Source: a virus
Direction: 5' to 3' (one strand)
Length of the DNA stretch: 64,000 nt
IMG/VR virus record: IMGVR_UViG_3300023502_000002
A model generated the notes under the pieces. It ran no database searches. It saw nothing but the letters and a program-made list of their open reading frames with translations, and had not been told where the DNA came from. Of the stretch, positions 46,890-54,142 are shown piece after piece. Positions within the stretch are counted from its first letter, which is position 1. Each line of letters opens with the position of its first letter. Both the position numbers and the translations under genes were made by a program.

Positions 46890-47441
46890 TTATTTTTTAT
46901 TGTTGTTGTTATTATTATTGTTTACATGTTGCACGTCAGGCAATTTGATACCAGAAGCAGCAAGTTGTGCAAGTATATCCTTTATCTGTGACAATTCACC
47001 TTTAAGTTCCTTCATCTCCTTGTCCTGCTGTGCCTTTTCGGCAAATGCAGGATTCAATGCTGTAAGCATCTCATCGCAGCTTTTGATTACTTTCTGATGG
47101 TATTGCACAGATTCCACAACCCTTACACTACTTATTTTCATTGCTTCTATCTCAGCATTGATGGCATCCTTGCTTTCCGATACAACCACATTTCCGCCTA
47201 TTTGGGAAAAGTCTGCTATACTAAGATTGGCTGGCAACTTTTGAAAATCAAGAGTATCATCTCCAACCTTAACTTTCACATCCACAACCATTTCATTTTG
47301 CGGAAGAGGATATGCTGTATATCCGTTCTGATATTTAGGAACAGGATTTGAAACACTTACCACAGTGCCCACATCACATCTTGGGTTTTCCCCTTTATGC
47401 AATATGAAAAACTGCTGTCCTTGTCGTATTGATTGAAACAT
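46890..47441 (-). CDS. hypothetical protein (183 aa) with coiled-coil C-terminal half and N8KK tail
   Basis: ORF, ATG checked; poly-Asn encoded at 46899-46922. Confidence 0.6.
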   Translation of the reverse strand: MFQSIRQGQQFFILHKGENPRCDVGTVVSVSNPVPKYQNGYTAYPLPQNEMVVDVKVKVGDDTLDFQKLPANLSIADFSQIGGNVVVSESKDAINAEIEAMKISSVRVVESVQYHQKVIKSCDEMLTALNPAFAEKAQQDKEMKELKGELSQIKDILAQLAASGIKLPDVQHVNNNNNNNNKK

Positions 47442-47462
47442 ACTTATTCTAACTTTTTAATA

Positions 47463-47912
47463 TCATTTTACAGTGCTTCTAGCCTGTGCGGCAGTAGCAG
47501 GTGCAACGATATGATTAACTACTTGAAATATCCCATTACATTTGTCGTAATAGACAAAGTATTTATTGCCTTGTGAAATTTCACTAGACGGAATCTGATC
47601 TCCCGAACCGTTTACCAAAGGAACCTTGCTTGTGGATGTTGATGTGGTATTTGTCAGTGTGGTAGCCACAGAAACAAGATACCCGTCAGATCCGGCAGCA
47701 GGAACATGATTTACACTCAAGAGCAAAATACCTTGATTTGGCAATCGTCTGAACAGGCACGGGCTAATACCATAGATAACCTCTGAATTTGTCGTGTCTG
47801 TTGTTACAGAAGATGTCCGAACAAACGGTATTCCTCCAAAGTCAAGTCTATGTACCCCTCTGAAACGGTTAGCATTATATCCCATCATATAAGGATTAAA
47901 AAAATAACTCAT
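47463..47912 (-). CDS. hypothetical protein (149 aa), Ser/Thr-rich, beta-rich
   Basis: ORF, ATG checked. Confidence 0.6.
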   Translation of the reverse strand: MSYFFNPYMMGYNANRFRGVHRLDFGGIPFVRTSSVTTDTTNSEVIYGISPCLFRRLPNQGILLLSVNHVPAAGSDGYLVSVATTLTNTTSTSTSKVPLVNGSGDQIPSSEISQGNKYFVYYDKCNGIFQVVNHIVAPATAAQARSTVK

Positions 47913-48007
47913 AACTTTTCCCTTTCTTTAGAATTTTATTATTTTGCATCGGGATAAGAGTTTCTGACCTGTAATTTATATACAAATCAAAAACTCTTAA
48001 CTAAACT

Positions 48008-48901
48008 TTAGCAATTGCAACCACAGTTGTCACCAGCAGCATAACCTGCACCAAAACCAGCCATGAACGGATAACCTCCATAGCAACAATTTGGGTTAGG
48101 CACAAAATATGCTGGAACCGGGCACGGAGCCTTAAGTTGTCCAACTATATTTGCAGTCTGAGCCTGTTGAGAAGCAGCCAGAGCCAAATTGCTGTTTTCC
48201 TGTCTAAGTGCATCTATCTTGTTTTGCATTTCACGCATTTCAAGCTGACAGAATTTATCATTGATGATAGCTGTTTGAGCGTCTATCTTTGCGCCAAGAA
48301 TGTTAAACTGAGTGTTTGCATTGCTTGTCAAAGTATTGGTCTGCTCTACAGTAGCCAAACGGCTATCACATCCTTGACGTTCAATAGCTGTACGGATATC
48401 GCAGCAGCAAGAAGCAAGCTGAGAACCGATAGCTGCACTATTGGACTGAATTGAGTTGATGATCTGTTGAGAGGAAAGACCTACTTGGTTACCAACTTGC
48501 TGAATCTGTCCTTGAATTTGGCAGATAGCATTCTGCAACTGTTGAGTAGAGCAGTTCAAAGAACTAGCCAACTGATTGATAGCTGTTCCGTTTCCTTGAA
48601 TAGCGTTCATCAACAATTCACGTCCTGCTTCATTGTTCAATTGAGCAGGGATTCCGTTTGCTCCATTGCCAAACCCGTTACCGAATCCGTTACCACCCCA
48701 CAGGAAGAAGAGCAGGATAATCCAGATCCACCAACAACCAGCACCACCCCAAGCGTCTTGATTGTTTTTATTGCTCATAAGAGCGGCAACCATATTGGGG
48801 TCTAATCCTTTATTCTGCAACAGTGCAGGAATCATTGACATAATACCTGCGCTTTCTCCAGCGGCAGGATTGTCGAACATAAAAATTTTGTCTGAACCCA
48901 T
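48008..48901 (-). CDS. Gly/Gln/Asn/Cys-rich membrane-anchored coiled-coil protein (297 aa)
   Basis: TM segment WWIWIILLFFLWGG, GFGNGFGNG, long Q/N-rich heptad-like region, C-terminus CCYGGYPFMAGFGAGYAAGDNCGCNC. The ATG at 48901 lies downstream of the leader hairpin. Confidence 0.6.
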   Translation of the reverse strand: MGSDKIFMFDNPAAGESAGIMSMIPALLQNKGLDPNMVAALMSNKNNQDAWGGAGCWWIWIILLFFLWGGNGFGNGFGNGANGIPAQLNNEAGRELLMNAIQGNGTAINQLASSLNCSTQQLQNAICQIQGQIQQVGNQVGLSSQQIINSIQSNSAAIGSQLASCCCDIRTAIERQGCDSRLATVEQTNTLTSNANTQFNILGAKIDAQTAIINDKFCQLEMREMQNKIDALRQENSNLALAASQQAQTANIVGQLKAPCPVPAYFVPNPNCCYGGYPFMAGFGAGYAAGDNCGCNC

Positions 48902-48931
48902 AATATTGTAATTTAATGTGTGTGTATTATA

Positions 48932-48966
48932 ACTCCCGTAAAGACTGTGCACTCATCTTTACGAGT
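48932..48966 (-). promoter_or_regulatory. 5' leader hairpin (11 bp, 2-nt bulge)
   Basis: actcccgtaaaga (48932-48944) pairs with tctttacgagt (48956-48966). Confidence 0.45.
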
Positions 48967-48993
48967 GTAAATTCACAACATGGATTGCCTAAA

Positions 48994-49001
48994 CAAAAAT
49001 A
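48994..49001 (-). promoter_or_regulatory. -7 box TAttTTTG
   Basis: Reverse complement of caaaaata. Confidence 0.45.
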
Positions 49002-49126
49002 AAAATTTCGCAGTATAACCTATTGTGTTTCAGATAGTTTAAACTTGTTAAAATAAGTTATTTGCTTGTGTGTTGTTTTTCCTATTCGTATATTAGCGCA
49101 ATAATTTTAAAATAGAGGAATTGAAG

Positions 49127-49345
49127 ATGAAAGAATTAAAAAAATGGAATAATAATCCAATAAAGATTACGTATTTAATACCTAGTGGAAACAAGTACGC
49201 TTATATAAAATTAGGTGACACTGTTGATCTGACGAACGGAACATATAAAATAACCGCTTTGGATAATGAAGAAAACATTTTCCAAGCGGTTAATATGGAG
49301 AATAAAGATGATTGTGTTACAATGTATGCGTATGAGGTTGTATAA
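49127..49345 (+). CDS. hypothetical protein (72 aa), lone plus-strand gene
   Basis: Track start is TTG; ATG is at 49127. Confidence 0.45.
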   Translation: MKELKKWNNNPIKITYLIPSGNKYAYIKLGDTVDLTNGTYKITALDNEENIFQAVNMENKDDCVTMYAYEVV

Positions 49346-49350
49346 TTTCC

Positions 49351-49719
49351 CTAGCTTTTAGTCTTGTATTTGCCCCTTGACTTCTTTGGACGTATAAGCC
49401 CGTTGTTTTTAAGAGCATCCAATGTTTCTTTCAAATAAACGGGTTTTGTCATTCCTTGTACTCTCACGGGAGATAATAACGGTTGTACGGGATGAAACTT
49501 AGTGCCTTTGTATGTAAGCCTTGCAAATTCTGTATCGCTTACATCGAGATATTTTATGGCATTTTCTCTATCAAAATAAGACGGTATGATAGTTGATCTG
49601 TTTATTGCGTCAGTAAGGAAGTTGAACTGTTCCGCATCAACATTCGAGTTTCCGCTTTTCAATGCTAGAGATATCCCGTCAAGTAAGGAAGCTAATATAG
49701 TGTTATAATTCATGCCCAT
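49351..49719 (-). CDS. hypothetical protein (122 aa), basic C-terminal tail
   Basis: ORF, ATG checked. Confidence 0.55.
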   Translation of the reverse strand: MGMNYNTILASLLDGISLALKSGNSNVDAEQFNFLTDAINRSTIIPSYFDRENAIKYLDVSDTEFARLTYKGTKFHPVQPLLSPVRVQGMTKPVYLKETLDALKNNGLIRPKKSRGKYKTKS

Positions 49720-49722
49720 GTC

Positions 49723-50049
49723 CTACTCAATAGATGAAATATTCGCTGTTCCTGTAATATTTACTTTGCTTCCCGGTGTAACTGAAAAATATTCCACTGT
49801 TCCTGCTGGAAGAAGCATTCCTGTTGGTGCTATCCTGCTTGACCTGCTTTTTGTTTCCTGTACCAATGAGATACGGCATCCTTCTGATGTGGCTACCCTT
49901 ATCAAGTTTGACAATACTGTGTACTCCTTATCGGTAACATCTTCGGATGCTGATATTCTTGCAGCTACTATACCTTTTAACGCTTCATCTTTTGAAGCGT
50001 TTTTGGTGGAGAAATATCCACCTATCTGTTGTTTGTCATTGCTCTCCAT
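49723..50049 (-). CDS. hypothetical protein (108 aa)
   Basis: ORF, ATG checked. Confidence 0.55.
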   Translation of the reverse strand: MESNDKQQIGGYFSTKNASKDEALKGIVAARISASEDVTDKEYTVLSNLIRVATSEGCRISLVQETKSRSSRIAPTGMLLPAGTVEYFSVTPGSKVNITGTANISSIE

Positions 50050-50392
50050 ATCCTTTTAAGTAAGATTGTTTAACACTTTCGGCAAACTCGTTCAGCTTTA
50101 CATAATCTGCATCAAGTTTGTTTAAAATACCTTTTCTGAGAGCCGCTTCTTCCTCACCGTTGGGAAATTCATCCTTTATGGCGGCATCTACCGTTTTGTC
50201 GTATGATACAGGGTTCTTTACACGCTGTACATCGGCTTTCCACTTTTTGACGAACTTTTCCTGTACAATATTTCCCATATCGTCCGTTTCGGGTTCGTCA
50301 ACTTGTTCAATGTTTAAATGAACATTGCTATATCCAGTGCCTAAATCAAAGATAAAGGCAGGCTTCTCGTCAAAAATCAAACCTCTTTCCAT
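50036..50392 (-). CDS. hypothetical acidic protein (118 aa) immediately downstream of the RT
   Basis: ORF, ATG checked. Confidence 0.55.
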   Translation of the reverse strand: MERGLIFDEKPAFIFDLGTGYSNVHLNIEQVDEPETDDMGNIVQEKFVKKWKADVQRVKNPVSYDKTVDAAIKDEFPNGEEEAALRKGILNKLDADYVKLNEFAESVKQSYLKGYGEQ

Positions 50393-50395
50393 ATT

Positions 50396-51685
50396 TTAAA
50401 TATCTAATGTTCCGTCAAAATAATAGCCCCTATTGAATTTTATGACAACATCCTCCAATGGTAAAAGGCTTTTGTCTACTTGGGAAAGAAATGTTCCTAA
50501 CGCTTCGTATCCGCCTTTCATAAAGCATTTTTCTCCTTTGAACATTATCTGCATCCTTACCCATGTGCTATTGTCCTTCTTTGTGGATGGTCTTACATCG
50601 AAATCAAGAATGTCTATATGTTCATCGACAAGTTTGTCTATCTTCACATCTTTTCCGTCAAACTTTCTTGACACCCTTATATTCAAGTCACTAATCTTTG
50701 TCATGTGGCTATTATTATTAACTAAAACTTTATTAATTAAGTTTTTAGAATCACAGTGCATCAACATACCCATATAACTCGTAATTGATTTTGGGTTATT
50801 ACGTTTTGACGCAAAGTTTTTCTTTATTCTCTTTCTTATTTTGGTATGACCGGGAGTAAAGACAAATCCACCGAAATCTATCCCTTCTGAAACGGGGAAT
50901 ATTCTGTAATTTTTCTTCATCTCCAGCTTTTTTTCATACCACAGGTAATTTCTTATCCTCCACAGCCATTCATGCAACTGTTTCTTGTCGTGGGATAATA
51001 TCACCATATCATCGGCAAATCTGAAATAATGCTTTACTTTGAACTGCTCCTTTATAACATGATCCAAAGACCTTAATACCAAATGGCTTCCTATCTGAGC
51101 GTCAGGATTGCCAATAGCCAGACCTTTGTTGCTGTAATTAAGCGTATTCATAAGCCATAACGCATCCCTGTCTTTCAAGTCTTTGCTATATGCCTTCTTG
51201 TAAACGCTGTGTCTTACGGACGGATAAAACTTCTTAATATCCATTTTCAAAACGTATATTTTTCCGTTTTTGTCCATTTCAAGCAATGTCCGTTTCATCT
51301 TTCTCACAAGGGAGTGCTTTTTAACCTTACTTGTAATACCCCTTTTGGGCAGACAGTTATATGAATCAAGTGTAAGGCTTTTTGTCCATCTGTCCATCAT
51401 GGGTATCAAAAGGCTGTGCTGGATAATCCTGTCCGGGTAAAACGGGAGTTTGTGTATCTCCCTTACCTTTCCTGCATCAGTCACTTTCTCTATCACCTCA
51501 TACTTGCTTACATGGTACGATTTGTCTTTGAGCATCTGATAAACATTCTGATGATATTCATCCTTATGTTTCTCATAATCCCTCACACCCCTGTGATTCC
51601 TCTTTCCTTTCTTTGCCTTTTCAGCAGCAGAGATAATATTATCCATACTGCCTATCGTTTCAAAAATATTATTCAATCTTTTCAT
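50396..51685 (-). CDS. DGR-type reverse transcriptase (429 aa)
   Basis: RT motifs: YVLKMDIKKFYPSV, GLAIGNPDAQIGSHLVL (DGR-like IGNxxxQ), YFRFADDMVIL (YxDD-type), GIDFGGFVF. Lies adjacent to the TR. Confidence 0.85.
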   Translation of the reverse strand: MKRLNNIFETIGSMDNIISAAEKAKKGKRNHRGVRDYEKHKDEYHQNVYQMLKDKSYHVSKYEVIEKVTDAGKVREIHKLPFYPDRIIQHSLLIPMMDRWTKSLTLDSYNCLPKRGITSKVKKHSLVRKMKRTLLEMDKNGKIYVLKMDIKKFYPSVRHSVYKKAYSKDLKDRDALWLMNTLNYSNKGLAIGNPDAQIGSHLVLRSLDHVIKEQFKVKHYFRFADDMVILSHDKKQLHEWLWRIRNYLWYEKKLEMKKNYRIFPVSEGIDFGGFVFTPGHTKIRKRIKKNFASKRNNPKSITSYMGMLMHCDSKNLINKVLVNNNSHMTKISDLNIRVSRKFDGKDVKIDKLVDEHIDILDFDVRPSTKKDNSTWVRMQIMFKGEKCFMKGGYEALGTFLSQVDKSLLPLEDVVIKFNRGYYFDGTLDI

Positions 51686-51840
51686 CTTACGTGCTTTTCT
51701 TTGTCCGTTGAGCCAAAGATAACTAACTTTCCATATACCTACAACTGTAAATGTACTAATAAGTTCCCATTCTCAAACAATGGGTTGTCTTGACATTTTC
51801 CATCTTCCTGACGAGGCTTCTGTATAGCAGTAATTTTTTT

Positions 51841-51954
51841 TAGCACGTTAGCTGCCACCGATGTTCGTGTTCGCATTCGAAGGGGCATTGTTCGCATTAC
51901 CATTCCGCAGAGAACAATTGTCGTTGTCCGACTTACCACCAAAGTAAACACCAC
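51841..51954 (-). repeat. DGR template repeat (TR)
   Basis: 114 nt aligning with 52124-52237 at offset 283. Rich in AAY codons in the target frame and contains an in-frame TAA. Confidence 0.85.
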
Positions 51955-52041
51955 CATTCTACAGACCGCCTTTTTTCAACTAACCGCCTTTGACAGACTT
52001 ATTTAACTTTGCTGACGCATTTGGTTAGATTTTTAATTATG

Positions 52042-52049
52042 CAAACTTA
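52042..52049 (-). promoter_or_regulatory. -7 box TAagTTTG, candidate promoter of the TR-RT transcript
   Basis: Reverse complement of caaactta; lies between VR and TR. Confidence 0.4.
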
Positions 52050-52087
52050 AACATTATTAATATATTTTGCAAGTTTTGGGAGGGGGA

Positions 52088-52106
52088 TTTTTCACTTCGT
52101 GAAAAA
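52088..52106 (-). promoter_or_regulatory. perfect 8-bp hairpin with 3-nt loop straddling the target stop codon (DGR target-site hairpin candidate)
   Basis: tttttcac-ttc-gtgaaaaa. Confidence 0.5.
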
Positions 52107-54137
52107 ATAGGGTTGGGTTATTGTACAACGAAAGCCGCCACCGACGTTCGAGTACGCATACGAAGGGGCAAAGAACGCAGAACCAGACCGCAGAGAACAA
52201 TTGCCGTTGTCCGACCCACCACCAAAGAAAACACCACGCCTTCCAATCTTACCCGAACCTGCATTTCCCGTAAACCAGTTGTAATGGCATTCCCCCGTGT
52301 GAAGATTGCTTCCCTTGACCTCTCCAATAAGAGAGTTCTTAAAGTTCTTCGTTATGCATCCTTCACCTCTAGCCATAGAACCGACAAATTCATATGTGTT
52401 CTCAAATCCATAAGATTCCCCGGGATTCTTATCTGCGGCTACATTGTCTGTAGTCAGATTGTTTACGTCATAGGTCTGATAAATATCTATGGATGTAGAA
52501 TCGTGCATGACACAATCTATCCCACTGTACCACATCCATATATCTCCCCACCCGGCAATACGTCCCCGAATGATAGGTTGCGTGAAGCATATTTCTATTT
52601 CACGATTTGTCACTGCCGCATTATCTGGAATACTCCACCCACTGGTTACAGTTGCATTGACAAATTTGGCTACGATACCTGACATTTCCCCGTCAGCCAA
52701 TCCGTTATGACCTTGGAAGTTGTAGTATTTGTATTTTGTGCTTTCATATTTAAACTCGGTGTCGGGAGCGACATTGTGTTCCTTTGCGTATGACATGGCA
52801 AGCTGCGCTTCAAACATCTTCATGCAAGGATGGTAGTTGTTTATAAGCTGTGAAAAATTGTAAGCAGTTCCTGTTTCTGATGCTTTAAATCCTTGCCCGT
52901 TCATCTTGTAATACACATAGGTCTGACCGTCCGCCTTCTTGAATCTGACGCCTGTCATTTTCCCCCAGCTTGACGCATCGGGGGCTGAATCGTTGGATGA
53001 TATTCCTTTTCCGCAAACAGACTGTGCGTGTAGGTCTTTTGTTCTGAATTTGATAAAGAGAAGCGTACACCACACTTCAAGGTCAAGAACGAAAGCATTT
53101 GCATAAGGATAGTTCTTCGTAATGTTCGGGTTCTTTGCCCTGGCGTATTTCTCGTAATCAAAACGTGACACGTTTGTCGTAGGCCATCCATTTCCTTCCA
53201 TTATGTTCACGCCTAGATTTCCTACTGATGTTCTTCCTTTTACCGTGTTGTCAAAAATAGATCTCTGCTTCCCATCCTTTATCGTGGAGTAACCGATACT
53301 CATTCCGAACGGTTTTATCTCTATGGCCGTATCGCCACCGTATGTAAACGGAGCGTCACTGACGAGCCTTCTTTCGTATGTATCATCCGTTCCTCCGTTG
53401 ATTATCCAGAAAGGCTTGGTGTTTACAAGCATGATGTCGCTTCCATCATCTGTTACATCAGTTCCGTCAATAACAATATTTGACGGGCTACCGTCAGCCA
53501 TTTTGAAGAAATTGGTCTGGTCAAGAAATCCGACTACCTTACCGTCCTTTACCTTTGCCACATGGAACGAGTTTAGGATGGGATGGGATTGTTTGAACTC
53601 TTCCTTTCCTATCCATGTCTGAAAGACCGGGTCTGACTGTCCTCTTCTCATCTCCACTCCATATATGTTCCCCTGCTGCATCTTTATCTGTTCGAGAAGC
53701 GTTTTGTAGTCATTGGTGAAGTCGTTTGTGGATAACGCCTTGCCGTCCACCTTGTCCACCTTCTTGTCTAGGGCTGCTTTCTGTGCGGTGGATACGGGCT
53801 TTTCGGCATCGGACGTATTGTCCACCTTTGACAGACCTATATTGTCTTTCGTTATATTGACATTCCCTGTCCTGTAAGACTGTTCGGCATTACCTTTCAC
53901 GCCTATGACGGTATTCTTCTGTGCACCTTCCTGTATCCCGTCAAGTTTGGTTTTTAACTGGGTAGTAAAGTTGTTGTCGGTATGCACATAGCTTTCGTCC
54001 TTTACCATGCCCTGTCTTATCTTGGACACCGTGACGGATTTGTTCTGTTTAGGGTCCCCTGTCACACACGGTATCATCTCTTCTCCCGTAGCGGTTTCAA
54101 CGGGAGGCATCTGTGAAATTTTAAGATTATCTTCCAT
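52092..54137 (-). CDS. DGR target: tail-fibre-like protein with C-terminal variable (C-type-lectin-like) tip
   Basis: N-terminal fibre motifs (..GKALSTNDFT..). The C-terminus ...GGGSDNGNCSLRSGSAFFAPSYAYSNVGGGFRC is typical of CLec-fold DGR variable proteins and contains the VR. Confidence 0.85.
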   Translation of the reverse strand: MEDNLKISQMPPVETATGEEMIPCVTGDPKQNKSVTVSKIRQGMVKDESYVHTDNNFTTQLKTKLDGIQEGAQKNTVIGVKGNAEQSYRTGNVNITKDNIGLSKVDNTSDAEKPVSTAQKAALDKKVDKVDGKALSTNDFTNDYKTLLEQIKMQQGNIYGVEMRRGQSDPVFQTWIGKEEFKQSHPILNSFHVAKVKDGKVVGFLDQTNFFKMADGSPSNIVIDGTDVTDDGSDIMLVNTKPFWIINGGTDDTYERRLVSDAPFTYGGDTAIEIKPFGMSIGYSTIKDGKQRSIFDNTVKGRTSVGNLGVNIMEGNGWPTTNVSRFDYEKYARAKNPNITKNYPYANAFVLDLEVWCTLLFIKFRTKDLHAQSVCGKGISSNDSAPDASSWGKMTGVRFKKADGQTYVYYKMNGQGFKASETGTAYNFSQLINNYHPCMKMFEAQLAMSYAKEHNVAPDTEFKYESTKYKYYNFQGHNGLADGEMSGIVAKFVNATVTSGWSIPDNAAVTNREIEICFTQPIIRGRIAGWGDIWMWYSGIDCVMHDSTSIDIYQTYDVNNLTTDNVAADKNPGESYGFENTYEFVGSMARGEGCITKNFKNSLIGEVKGSNLHTGECHYNWFTGNAGSGKIGRRGVFFGGGSDNGNCSLRSGSAFFAPSYAYSNVGGGFRCTITQPYFFTK
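52124..52237 (-). repeat. DGR variable repeat (VR)
   Basis: Differs from the TR at 19 TR-adenine positions (coding strand), plus 2 non-A positions at the 3' IMH-like end. Confidence 0.85.
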
Positions 54138-54142
54138 TTTTT

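Noticed and set aside
50036-50392. Avd candidate downstream of the RT
   Set aside because: The protein is strongly acidic with no evident four-helix basic bundle. It is kept as hypothetical.
51739-51957. 72-aa ORF over the TR, and the similar 69-aa ORF at 52118-52327
   Set aside because: They are off-frame translations of the TR and VR. Their mutual similarity (..LRMRTRTSVAA..) simply reflects the DNA repeat.
52113-52682. 189-aa plus-strand ORF
   Set aside because: It is antisense within the DGR target gene.
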